From Mytilus californianus (taxonomy: Eukaryota), in contig NW_026262712.1 of the NCBI RefSeq assembly GCF_021869535.1, forward strand, positions 47,368,001 to 47,432,000: DNA of 64,000 bases, read 5' to 3'. The translations under genes and the position numbers were made by a program. Each line of letters opens with the position of its first letter. The first letter of the stretch is position 1. The notes beneath the pieces are model-generated. The model saw only the letters and a list, made by a program, of their open reading frames with translations, was not told the DNA's origin and ran no database searches. Positions 26,539 through 39,073 of this stretch are shown here, piece after piece.

Positions 26539-26868
26539 CATTTGTTAATGAAACAGTTGTGCTAAATGTCTTGCCTCCTTGTGAAATATACCATGTTCCG
26601 TCCACGTCCTTACTCTTAACGTCTTCTATCGTGAATATGATCTCGTTCCTGTTTATGTTTGGATTGATCACTCCAAACATTGGTATATGGTGACAATGAT
26701 ATGTCGTCTTTTCGAAACTGCACATTGTTTCGTTTCCATTGTTATCTTTTAAAGATACTGGTTTTAAAAAATCATCAGTTCTATAGATTAGATTCAAGTC
26801 ATCTTGAATGACGTCCCAGGTGATGCAGTTGAAAGCAACGGCCTTGCAAACTAACCATGCTAAATAAA
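26539..26868 (-). CDS. Signal-peptide C-terminal part plus ectodomain D1 (Ig-like) exon
   Basis: cactttcag|TT TAT TTA...AATG|gtaagg; 330 nt; phase 1-1; VYLAWLVCKAVAFNCITWDV...EIIFTIEDVKSKDVDGTWY; no stop; NET sequon. Confidence 0.8.
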
Positions 26869-26889
26869 CTGAAAGTGTGGTAAAGTGGT

Positions 26890-27235
26890 ATTTTAGGATA
26901 TTTGTATTTTATATTTGAATTTTGATTATATTCTTTACTTAAGCACTTATTAGTTAATTTACTTAAGCACTTATCAGTGAAACTTATTTAGTCACTTCTT
27001 AGTGAAAATTATCTTAGTTTATTCTTCATTATTTACATTTTGGTTATTGCTTACTTTACTTATCATTTTCTTTTCAGAATATTTAGTTTATTATTATCAA
27101 ATTTGAGTGAAAACTTTATTTCATTTTCTCACTATTGAGTAAATTTTTGTTTTCCTATATCACTTTTGAGTGAAATTTTGTTTTCTTTATTCATTTTCTT
27201 TATTCATTTTTATTTATAAATCACTTATAAGTGAA
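26890..27235 (+). repeat. T-rich imperfect short repeats, probable 5' leader of the gypsy element
   Basis: Recurrent ACTTAAGCACTTAT and AGTGAAA..TT units directly upstream of gag. Confidence 0.5.
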
Positions 27236-27247
27236 ACACATATCAAC

Positions 27248-28349
27248 AGGGCGGAACCAGAAGCAATTGCACCTGAAGATATTGCTCTGTTGAAATTATT
27301 GAAGAAAGAGGTAGGAGAACACCCAGAAGATATCAAAGAATGGATGATGAAATGTTTGGCTGCTAAAGGTGAGGAGGCTAAAGCTAAAGTGCAAGATGAA
27401 CCATCCAAACATACCAAGTACAGAGATCCACCCAGGATATCCAACTTCTCTGGAAACAACACCAAAGGTGAAACCAGCTATGAACTTTGGAGATATGAAG
27501 GTACTGGATTGATGGCTGATAAATTGTACGACCAAGAGAACATCAATTATGCTGTAAGACGATCACTGAAAGGAGATGCAGGAATGGTTGCCACTTGGAG
27601 CAAAAGCCAGCATACCAGATATCTTGCACAAGCTTGACAGTATATATGGAGCTGTGGAGAAAAAGGAAGATTTACTTGCTCAATTCTACCGAGCCAGACA
27701 AGATGATACTGAGACAGTTACTAAATGGAGTTCTAGATTGGAAAACATCATTGGTCGAGCAGTAGATAGAGGATTAGTACAACAAAAAAAAAGAAACGGC
27801 ATGCTACATTCTATGCTATGGACTGGTTTGAAGACAGAATTAAAGGATATATCAGGCCACAAGTTTGACACGATAAAGGATTTTGATGAGCTCAGAGTTG
27901 TACTTAGACAGATAGAAACAGATCATGAGGAGAGGAAGTTATCAGCTCATAAGCCACAACCAGCCAAAGCAACTGCAATTTCTGATATCAAAATGCAGGA
28001 ATCACAGATGAATGAATTTAGAGGATTGAATAATCAACTTACTACCAGGATGGATAGATGGGAAACAGATTTTAGAGGAAGAGGATCAGGTAGAGGTCGA
28101 GGTTATAGGAACAATAGAGGATATTTCAACAGAAACCAAGGACAGTACAACAGAGAAGGAGGACAAGGACAACAACAGGGATATCATGAGTCATCTACAC
28201 CACAAGCTACTTTAGATTATCAACACAAGGAAGAAAAGAAATGCTTTAGATGTGGATTACCAGGACACTATAAGATTGGTTGTACAGCAATACTAGATGG
28301 AAAGAAGAATTTAAACTACAAGAAGTCTATGGGTCAGGACCACCATTAG
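27248..28349 (+). pseudogene. gag: gag with PNMA/Arc-type capsid and CCHC zinc knuckle
   Basis: PPRISNFSG...SYELWRYE, AVRRSLKG, LHKLDSIYG; CFRCGLPGHYKIGC (CX2CX4HX4C). Frameshift near 27590. The likely start ATG appears mutated to AGG at 27248 (inference). Confidence 0.85.
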
Positions 28350-28360
28350 GCTTATGTTAG

Positions 28361-31300
28361 TCAACTACGACAGGTCCCACAACACAAGTACCACCAGGAT
28401 TATTTGGAAGCCTTACAGAAACTGAGGTTATATTACATGGTAAAACAGTTAAGAGTCTTTTTGACACTGAATCAACAGTTTCAACAGTCAGCCACACATA
28501 TTACAACAACAACTTGATTGATTTGCCACTTCAACAGCTTAACACCTTATTAGACATAGAGTGTGCAGATGGACAGCAACTGCCATATGAAGGATATATA
28601 GAAACAGAACTTCAGCTACCACTTCAGACTGAAAAATATCCATGCATTATATTGGTTGTTCCAGATAGTAGCTACAACATCCACGTACCACTACTTATTG
28701 GCACCAACTTCCTTCAACACATCATGAACTTATTACAACATCAACATGGCAACAGGTATTTACAGACATCTAAACTCAGCACTTCATGGTACCTTACCTT
28801 TAGAACTATCACACTAAGAGAAATGGAACTTCAACGTCACAACAACACATTAGCTGTTATCAAGAATGCTATTGGCAAACCAGTTACCATCAAGCCAAAT
28901 TCAACGGTTCAGATACCAGGTTACATCGACAAAGAACTACCATATAGTACAACACCAGCTATGCTTCTTCCATCAACTTTACAACCCAACTGCAACGATC
29001 TTGAAGTAGAACCATCACTTATAGAATTCAAGTACAGAAGTAATAGACAGATAGACGTACAACTTGCCAATGTTACATCACGCACAATTACCACTCAACC
29101 AAGTGCAGTACTATGCGAAATACAACCAGTCTGTATTGAACATCAAACAGAAGACACTGAAGCAAAGATACCCATTATTGATCAAGTGGAAATCAACACC
29201 ATTGACTTAACAGAAGAGCAGTTGAAGATGGGGAAAGATTTTATAAAGTCATATGAAGACATCTTTGCTAAGAATGATCAAGACATTGGCAACACTACAG
29301 TGAAACACCGAATAGACTTGTTAGAGGAACACCCGTTTAAACAACGATACAGGCGTATACCACCAGCCATGTATGATGAAGTGAAGGCACATCTCAAACA
29401 GTTATTAGGTAACGGAACTATCAGACCATCACATAGCCCTTATGCTTCGAATGTAGTTCTGGTAAGAAAGAAGAATGGCAAGCTGCGCCTATGTACAGAT
29501 TATCGTCAACTTAACAGAATCACGAAAAAAGACAGCTATGCTTTGCCTCGGATAGAAGATCTCTTTGATGCTCTTGCAGGCAGTTCATACTTTACATGCG
29601 TTGATATGAAGAGCGGATATCACCAAGTCGAGATCTTAGAGCAGCATAAAGAAAGAACCGCCTTCACAGTGGGTCCACTCGGGTTCTACGAGTACAACAG
29701 AATGCCGTTTGGTTTGACCAATTCGCCAACAACCTACCAAAGATTGATGGAGGAATGTTTATCAGATTTGCACCTTAAGATTTGCTTCATCCTTATAGAC
29801 GAAGTCATCATCTTTGGCAGAACATATGAAGAACATTTGGACAATCTCCGCCTAGTATTTGACAGGATCCGAAAACACAACATGAAGCTTGCACCAAAAA
29901 AGTGCTCATTCTTCAAGAAAAAAGTGAAGTACGTCGGCCATGTTGTTTCAGCGGAAGGTGTGGAGGTTGACCCAGACAAGACAGATAAGGTTGTGAATTG
30001 GCCAAAGCCCACCAGTCCTGAAGATGTACGACGATTTCTTGGATTCGTCGGATATTATCGTCGCTTCATTCGACACTTCAGCAAGATCAGTAAGCCACTT
30101 ACAGAATTGATGCCGAATCCAATGAAGAAGAAAGTAAAGAAGCACGAACAGATACCATGGCACTGGGGTCCAGACCAAGAAAAGGCGTTTGAATCACTGA
30201 AGGAACGGCTTGTGTCAGCACCTATATTGGATATGCCATTAGCAATCTTCCATACGAGCTACATACAGATGCATCAGGATTTGCACTTGGAGCTGTATTG
30301 TACCAGAAGCAGGGAAAGCATTTGAGGGTTGTCAGCTACGCCAGCAGAAGCTTATCTAAATCTGAGAAGAGATATCCACCACACAAGTTGGAATTCCTCG
30401 TTTTAAAGTGGGCTGTTTGTGAGAAGTTCAGGGATTGCCTCTTAGGCAGCAACTTTAGTCATGACAGACAACAACCCCATGACATATGTTTTGACCACAG
30501 CTAAACTCGATGCCACCGGTCACAGATGGTTGAACAGCCTTGCAGACTTCAACTTCAACATCTTGTACCGACTTGGAAAGAAAAATGGAGACGCAGATGG
30601 ACTCCGAATTCCAGATGTACAAAGTACAGATTTTGATAGTGAAGAAATCATATCGATAGAGTCCGTACAGGCTATCTGCAACTCACAGCTTCCGAACACA
30701 TTCATCGAGAGTTTAGCTGTTAACCCAGATGTTGTGCAATCTGATGATGATGAAGAAAAATACAAAGATGAAGATATCATCGATTGGAAACAAGCACAAG
30801 CCATGGATTCACAGATAGCGCCGTTTGTGAGATATGTTAGAGAAGGAAGGAAACCTACAACAGCAGATATCGGATCATCACTACTCTTGCGACAGTTTCA
30901 ACACCTTATTCTCAAAGATGGCGTTTTATACAGAGACGTGATGATTAATGATGACAGTAAATCACAGCTGGTATTACCATCTGCACATATAAAGATCGTC
31001 CTTGAGGCACTGCATGATGATATGGGCCATCCAGGCAAGGATAGAACACTATCACTACTGCGTGACAGATTCTACTGGCCAGGAATGGACAAGGCAGTTG
31101 ATGATTGGATAGGACAGTGCAGTAGATGTTTGAAAAGGAAAACACCAGCTAGCAGTCAAGTTGCACCCTTGGTCAGCAATACTACCAAATTTCCACTAGA
31201 GCTAGTTTGCATTGATTTCCTAAAACTTGAGCGTTCTAAAGGAGGATACGAAGATGTACTTATCATCATGGACCACTTTACTAGATACGCCCAGGCTATA

Positions 31301-32620
31301 CCAACGCGGAATCAAACAGCTAGAACTACTGCCCAAGCACTCTTTGACAACTACATCGTTCACTATGGAATTCCGCTACGTATCCACTCTGACAGAGGAG
31401 CGAATTTTGAAAGCAAAGTGATCAAAGAGTTATGTACCTTGACTGGGATGAAGAAATCGAGAACAACGCCGTACCATCCTATGGAAAATGGTATGCCAGA
31501 GAGGTTTAATCGCACCTTGATGGGGATGCTTGGTACATTAGACCGACAGCAGAAGTCTAACTGGAAAGCTTCGGTTGCACCCATGGTTCACGCCTACAAC
31601 TGCACTCGTCACGAGTCAACAGGAGTTGCACCGTATTTCCTCATGTTTGGACGACAGCCACGTCTACCGATTGATTTAGCTTTTGGACTTCACAAAGACA
31701 CCAAGATGCCAGCCACAAAGTACATCCAAGGTCTTCGTGATAGACTTGCCTGTGCCTACCAACTGTCAACAGAAGCATCCAAGAAAGCACAAGCAACTCA
31801 GAAGGAAGCATACAATCTTCGAGTCAGAGGAGCCTCTAAACAGAAGGGTGACCGTGTGTAGGTGAAGATCGTATATTTCGATGGCAGACACAAATTGGCT
31901 GATAAATGGGAAGATGTACCATACGTTGTTTTGGATCAGCCAAATCAAGACATTCCTGTATTTACCGTCATCCGTGAAGATGGAGAGGGAAAAATAAAGA
32001 AACTCCATAGAAATCTACTTCTTCCAGTTGGCTACATCAGAGACCAGGAACCAGTAGAGTTACAAACTACCAAACAGAGACCAACTCCACGCCCATGTGC
32101 TAGTAAGCAACAGAAAATACCAGTGGTTCAGGCAACCAAGGAGGATTCAGCTGATGACACAGCATCAACTATTCCAGAGGACTCCGAGGTTGGATTTGTG
32201 TTGACAGTGGACAGCGAATCATCTCTTGCTGAAGACTCCAATGCCAACATAGATATCATTGATGAGGTTACCAGTCTTTCTGGGGACGCCCAGATTGAAG
32301 AGACTGAACCTACTGGAAGCGCTTCCGAGGATGCTGAGAGTATTTCATCAGAAGATACTACGATTGATGATGATGTACCTCAGGATACAGACGGATTACC
32401 ACCGGTAGAACTCAGACGTTCTGGAAGGGAACGAAGACCACCTTTTTGGTTTCGATCCGGACAGTTCGAGACAAGTATGGCTGTTGCTAGATCAACTAGT
32501 ATTCCAGAGTGGCGACAGAAATTTTGGGGTAGTTCTATATTTAGTATTTCTTTCCTCAAGGCTACATTACCACTCAAGTTTTCCCAAACCTACTATCCTT
32601 TCAAAGTCAATAAAAGATAA
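28361..32620 (+). pseudogene. pol: pol (protease, RT, RNase H, integrase)
   Basis: FDTES (DTG-like); HPFKQRYRRIPP; LRLCTDYRQLN; VDMKSGYHQV; ILIDEVIIF (YxDD degenerate); HTDASGFALGAVLYQ; LHDDMGHPG..WPGM..CSRC; IDF..MDHFTRYA..IHSDRGANFES..ERFNRTL. Frameshifts near 30230 and 30460; TAG at 31859-31861. Confidence 0.92.
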
Positions 32621-33049
32621 GTAAAATGTATCATGTCGAAATACCTATCGGATTTTTTTTTTAAATTACAAAACAATCTTCTAAAATTGGCTTTCAAATA
32701 TACCCTTTAAATTGGTTCTGAATGTCTATTCTGTAACTGAATTAGCCCGAAATGATATGAATTTTCTTGAAGGTGTTATTTTCGTACACGTAATATTATC
32801 TTATATAATATGGTTGTAGATGATCACAATTATTCCTTGTTTTCTCACAAACTTTTTGCGTTTATGTCTTTATCAAAACGCTATAACCAATCAGTTCTTA
32901 GTTAACAATATAAACCGTAAGTCGTATGCAAAGTGGGTCCTGAATACAATAAAGTTGATCGCGTTTTCATAAATGACCTCATGAAATGTGAAAGGTCATT
33001 TACATTTTCTGACATGCACAATTTCTTTAACTGTTACTATTATAAAAAT

Positions 33050-33240
33050 ATGAAGATGTGGTATGATTGCCAATGAGACAACTCTCCACAAGAGACAAAA
33101 TGACACAGAAATTAACAACTATAGGTCACCGTTCGGCCTTCAACAATGAGCAAAACCCATACCGCATAGTCAGCTATAAAAGGTCCCGAAATGACAAATG
33201 TAAAACAATTAAGACGAGAAAACTAACGGCCTGATTTATT
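33050..33240 (+). repeat. Dispersed repeat (GAAGATGTGGTATGATTGCCAATGAGACAACT family)
   Basis: Related copies at about 60-125 (-), 3650-3700 (-), 18085-18140, 24000-24040 (-) and 35920-36440. Confidence 0.7.
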
Positions 33241-34920
33241 AGTTTGTGACAAGCAGTTATTCGTTTGACAAAGCATTATTGCACATGTAAAACAATAAAA
33301 GTTCCTCTTATGGGTAAATGTGATTTTTTAACGAATTTTGAAAGAATCAAAATCAACCTTTTACGAACAATACAAATATTACTATTATTATAAAACTTCA
33401 AATATCATATCAACCGAGACTTATGCCGTACTGAAAACATCCTGGTCTTGCTTGTAGAATTCTTTGTAAAATTAATAACAATATTCGTTGATATTTTTGC
33501 TAGATAGACAGTATTGAAAAAAATATCAGAAAGCGTGCTTATTTTTCCAATCTTCAAAGAAGCATTGCATGTTCAAAGGTGTTAGCATGTTTAAGTGCCT
33601 TGAATGTTCGATACACAATGGAGATATTAAAACCCATGAAAAATATATTAATGCACTGGTAAGCACAGGTCAGATAATACGACGGAATGTGACATACAAT
33701 CGTTATTGGTGCATACTAGTAAAAAAATTCTGAAAATGTTAGCAATATCTCTAAAAGATATAATAAAAGTCAAACACAAGCCCATTCCTTTTTGGGCAAA
33801 CTATTCAATAACATAATTATTTTCTACTTAGAAAATGTATTTTTCGACATATTAGAGAACAAGAACATATGCGCTTACAGAAAAGCGCTTCGGATACGCG
33901 AAACTATTGCAATACTATGTTCTTTAATGCAGTTTTTGTAAGTTTTCTATTGATAGATTTGCCTACCATTGTCAACATAGTAAAATTGTGTCATTTAAAG
34001 AATGTGTTATCACTTTTTAAAATGTACCAGATTGTTTTCAATAGTTGTATTTCTAATACTTACTTGAAAATAGAATCAATATGGGAATGCTCCTCTCAAA
34101 TATCATATTCTTAGCCTGAAATGAAAATGTAATGGTTAAATCAGGTAAATATAACATTTTAAGAAATATAAAATGATGATGAAGAAAATAAGAATAAGGC
34201 CATGAAATTCATTATTCCAGCACGTTATTGAATTTAAAGCAAGACAAAAGAGCAACAGGAAATATCTATAATGTAAGGTCAAAGATAAAAGGGACTTAGC
34301 TTTATTATACATGTTTATGAATATAAATACCAATTTCCCGACAGCCCATGGTAATGCATGGACGCCAGTTATCAATCATAAAAAAATAAATTATTGTTTT
34401 ATAACAGCAGTTTAGGTGTCAGACCACTAATTCACCCACTCCAATTTAGAACGTATGTAAAAATAGCCCTTCCCTGACAAAAAATAGTGCTTTTGATGTC
34501 ATTGTTTACTTAAACTAACCAACAAATTTATAGAAATCAGAAATATATGTAGACCATTTTGAGCCAAAATTTACTTGTCAATGAGTTTGCATTAAACATT
34601 GAGGATTAATGCGCTCCATAGTATATTTATTTAAGATTTCCAAAAAAGGGGTTATCTTTAGCAGTACTTGTCTTCCGAACGTTAGTATATCCTTACAAGA
34701 CTTTAAACATAGGTTGAAAATTGGCATGTAGAAAGATGATACATGTCCAATTCAGGATATACCTGGTTTCTACGACGTTAAACTTAAGGTTTAATATTTA
34801 GAAAGCTGTGAAATTTGAAAAATTTGATTGAATAGATAGGGATTTTGAATTGGTGGTCTGACACCAGGTTACGGAAGCGTATTAGCGCCATACAAACTTT
34901 TCATTTATATTTCTTTCTAT

Positions 34921-35017
34921 GTTTGCGTTATAACGCAAACCTTGGCGAAATAGCGCAAAACTTTGCGTTATAACGTAAACATTTGCGGAATAACGCAAAC
35001 CTTTGCGCTACAACGCG
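34921..35017. repeat. 20-bp minisatellite of palindromic units (about 5 copies)
   Basis: First unit GTTTGCGTTATAACGCAAAC is a perfect palindrome; later units are degenerate. Confidence 0.85.
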
Positions 35018-35919
35018 ATCATATGTTTTTATCTTATTTCTTATTTAAGTTTCAATTAAGGAAAGCAGTCGTTATAAATGGAGGAGGCATCATGTATTAA
35101 AATTTATCACTCTTTGTACTGAATGCAAAGTAAAATGCTTGAGTGTTTAGCGCATATCATTGCATAATAATGAGCAGAAGAATATATGTATATATATATT
35201 ACAAAAACAATTGAGTAAATTGAAGTTATACCGAAGAAAATAAATAATCAATCAAGTTAATGTAGCCGAATTTAAATATACTTCCAAAGTAAGCGATCGT
35301 TTGAGCATCGTGTAAGATTGGTTAGCCACAAACAAGCTACCGTCCTAAAATAAATGTATAAGATGAAGATTTTTTATTATTATTATTATAATTATGTACT
35401 CCTTATTCAAATTCCTACCTAAACATCTGTTAAAAATAGGTACCTAACCAGACTGAAATTTAAAACTTCATGATTTTTTATCAAAGAATCTTTATCATAT
35501 TCTGATATTTCAACAAACGATTTCTTACATAAAAAAAATAGTTTTCGTTCAAAATTGTTCATTTTAAAGCCGAAAGATCATTTTGTCTATTTGACACTAT
35601 AGTTTCACAATTGTATGACATTTTTGTTTGCTCCTCTCTTCTTTGCCACTTCCCCTAAAACAAAATTTTCAAAATCTTATCTATTTTCATGTTAAATTTA
35701 TATTAATTTCTGATACAAAAATCTTTCTTAATTTGTGTATAATTGCGATACAATTATCCCAAATTATTTTAAGAAAAACCTCTATCCGAAGATATGTATA
35801 TCCCAAGATAATGCAAAGTATATTTCAAGAAAAAATGTGTTTGGACCTCACCTACTATAACGAGTGAGACATCACACAAACGAATGATACGATAACATGG
35901 CTTATTGCATGCTTATATA

Positions 35920-36440
35920 ATTAGGAAGATGTGGTATGGTTACGGATTAGACAATTTTCAACCAGAGGCCACATGGTGTTAAAGTTATATTTTTCACAGT
36001 GCGGCCTTCAACAATGAGCAAAAGTCATATCGCATACACATATAAAATGCCACGACGTAACCAATGTAAAACAATTCAAACGATAAAATTAACGGTCTGG
36101 TTTATGAACAAAAAATAAACGAAAAACAAATACTTGTATGATATACAAGAACAAACAACAGTCTACTAATATAGGACAGGCATATGCAGAATGTGGTTGA
36201 ATAAAACATGGTTGAGGGCGCTCAACCCTCCATCAGAGTGGTGTAACAGCACAACATAAGTTAAAAAAACTATGAGAAACTGTTGAAATAGTTTGTAGTC
36301 TTTTGTAGCCGACTGTGCGATGTGGGTTTTTCGCGTTGTTGAGGGCCGTCCGGTTGCCTATTAATGCTTGCATTCACTTCATTTGAACTTTGGTGGATAG
36401 TTGTCCCATTGGCAATCATACCACATCTGCTTATTTTTAT
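35920..36440. repeat. Two oppositely oriented copies of the GAAGATGTGGTATG repeat family
   Basis: Plus copy from about 35925; reverse copy ending ...ATTGGCAATCATACCACATCTGCTTATT near 36435. Confidence 0.55.
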
Positions 36441-37296
36441 ATTGACTCCTTAGATCGACACCTTTATTGGTTGCACTTTTGTAAATCTAGACAATGCAAT
36501 TTTCTATAAGAACTCCTTTAAGGGCTGAAACTCTGCCACTTTGTTGTATAAAAATAAAAATATCCTGCAATGGAAATGTCACATGCACTTCTATGTTTTG
36601 CAAAGGTAAAAAAATAGATTTGTGGGGCATATGTTTAACCTTGATATGCCTCTAACTTCTAAGCGTTAAAACTTGTACTTAAATACTGCACTACCCTCCC
36701 TGTACATTGAGTCTTCCTGAGAATTTAATATTACTACTATCCAACTGTATTTATACTGGTAAAATTCCAAAGTTGTGTCTCTATGATATGAACATGGAGA
36801 TCATATCTGGGAACCAGAAGGTAAATAAAACAAAATATCTAATAATATTAAGTATCTCCCTAAAGAGGCGTGGATTGTGAAACAACTGTATTTACAAAGG
36901 GCAACATATAGCCTAGTTTGTAATGCATTAATAAAAGGAAACAGTCCGCAAATATAAATTCTAATTATGCCAGGACTGTTCCGACAGCCAGGAAACAGTT
37001 TTACCTGTTCTCTTGTATCTTTGTTTTTATTCATTACATACGTTCACGAGGTCACAACAAGATAGATAGTTCCTGCAGTGTTATTGGCACTTATCGTTAT
37101 ATTTCCCAACGGAAATTTTGACCGAAAGATTTTAAGTTGTTACAATATTTTTGAATAATGAAATAGTACATAATACGTCTTGAGATATAAAATTGAATCA
37201 TTCAATATGCACGAGTTGCTTTTAATAGAAAAAGAAGAGATATTTAATTATAACCAATTCATGTTTGCAATTCAATATTTAGATGTTTCCTTTTAA

Positions 37297-38019
37297 GGTA
37301 GCACAATACAAAGATTTTTTTACTTCCAATCTCGAACCTTTAAAAAGATGTTACTTTCTTAAAAATGCATATAAATTAATAAAAGAGGTATATATAGAGA
37401 GATAAAAGATTAATCTTTTAAATGAATGCAATATTTTTGTTATGCAATCATTATGTAATCAATTATCATGCAATTAATGGCAAAATCTTGGTCAGTTTAC
37501 TTGAATGAATTTAGCTCTTTCATCTCTATAACTATACAGGAAATTTTAACGAAATCATAATCAACACAGCAGGAGCTACAAAAGGGTGTCTCAAATTATT
37601 GCTATGGTATTCCATTCTCTCATAAATCTGTAATTAGTGTAAACATCCTTACCACATAAAAGTAGATAATGTTTGATTAGGTGTAAAATTTTATCTAAAC
37701 ATTCTATCCGAAATCTGAGAAACCCTTTTGTAGATAATGGCTCTAGGAACAACATATAATAAAATCAACTTTCTAGGGGTTACCATGAAGAAGCTAATTT
37801 CAATTGAAAGTGGAAATTTCTTGTAAAATTTTGTAGACACAGTTAACATTATAATTGATTACATAATTGTTGTATAATACTAACATTGCATTAATTTGAA
37901 AGATTAATCTGTTAGCTATCCATAAATACCACTTTTATAAATTTTCAAGCATTATAAAGAAAGTTACAGCATTTTTAAACTGGGGAATTGGAGGTATAAA
38001 ATCTTTGTATTGTGCTACC
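37297..38019. mobile_element. Complete 723-bp MITE with ~33-bp TIRs and TTAA target duplication (Kolobok- or piggyBac-type)
   Basis: TTAA|GGTAGCACAATACAAAGATTTTTTACTTCCAAT ... ATTGGAGGTATAAAATCTTTGTATTGTGCTACC|TTAA. Confidence 0.85.
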
Positions 38020-39073
38020 TTAAAAATAAATGATACACGTACTATTGCTCTGTAAAATTATACATAATGGACTCACACATTTCAGAAGTGATCAGCTAAT
38101 TTTCAAGCCGGACACACAAATTAATTTAGTCTCGATTCATATTCAAAACATTCAATATTGATATTGCAACTTTCTCGCATAGGAAGTATCTCCAGAAATG
38201 TAAAAACCCGACATGTTTTCATTTTCCCCCTTAAATAATTATTCATGTTATATAGGTATTTTTATTACAATTGGAATATCGTGTAAACGAACAAGGAACG
38301 TTTGAAATATGACAGTGTTTCAGTGATAAGTATAATATTTCACGATTTCATTTTATGATTGTGAAGCTTATTTTAAATGGGAGACATATATTATATGTCA
38401 GCCAGAAGGTTTACACAATGTAATATTTGAAAAGCCTTTTATTTGATTTAGATAAATTGTTTAACCTAATATTTCTGCTACCTGATCTTGGATCTGTCAT
38501 TGATGTTTAAAGTTTATTTAATCGGCATATTGTATGAGCATTGTGATAATTAATGCTAGATTAAGTATTATGTAGTTTAAATAATTTTTTAACAGTTCAA
38601 AAGGAAAATCGTAGCAAATTATTTTTAGTGCAAAGTTTTAACTTATTTAATACCTTTGAACCATTCACTTAATTGAATAATTGAAATCTACCATTTGCAT
38701 TTTTGTTCTAGTCTATTTTTGATGATATCGATCTAAGCTATATATTGTATATTCCATTTATAAATGGCAACATTAGCATTAAGAGTTTTAATTATAACCT
38801 ATGTCCAGATAACTCAAAAAATGGTTCAGTGGTGAACTAAATGTGTGTAGAAGTCATCGATGTTCATTATTTTTTAGTTTGTTTTTGAAGGAGTAGTTGA
38901 TAAAGTTAACAAAAAAAGGAAAGAAAAATATATGCAACCAAAGAACGATGTTTCCATTTGAAATTTGAAATTCTCGAAAGTCACAGCTAGATGAAGGAAC
39001 AATACTAAGGGAGCAGAACGTTGTTTAGAGTAGTTTAACGGTTATTGTCTTTGTAACGAATGTAACCATAATA

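Larger units (their letters stand above)
26890..32620 (+). mobile_element. Decayed Ty3/gypsy LTR retrotransposon, LTRs not detected
   Basis: Domain order gag, protease, RT, RNase H, integrase is diagnostic of Ty3/gypsy. At least three frameshifts and two premature TAG codons. Confidence 0.95.

Noticed and set aside
27214-32577. Minus-strand and alternate-frame ORFs inside the gypsy element
   Set aside because: These are shadows of gag/pol codon structure with no independent motifs.
26880-33000. LTR pair, PBS and PPT for the gypsy element
   Set aside because: No direct repeat shared by the two flanks could be found by eye, so none is called.
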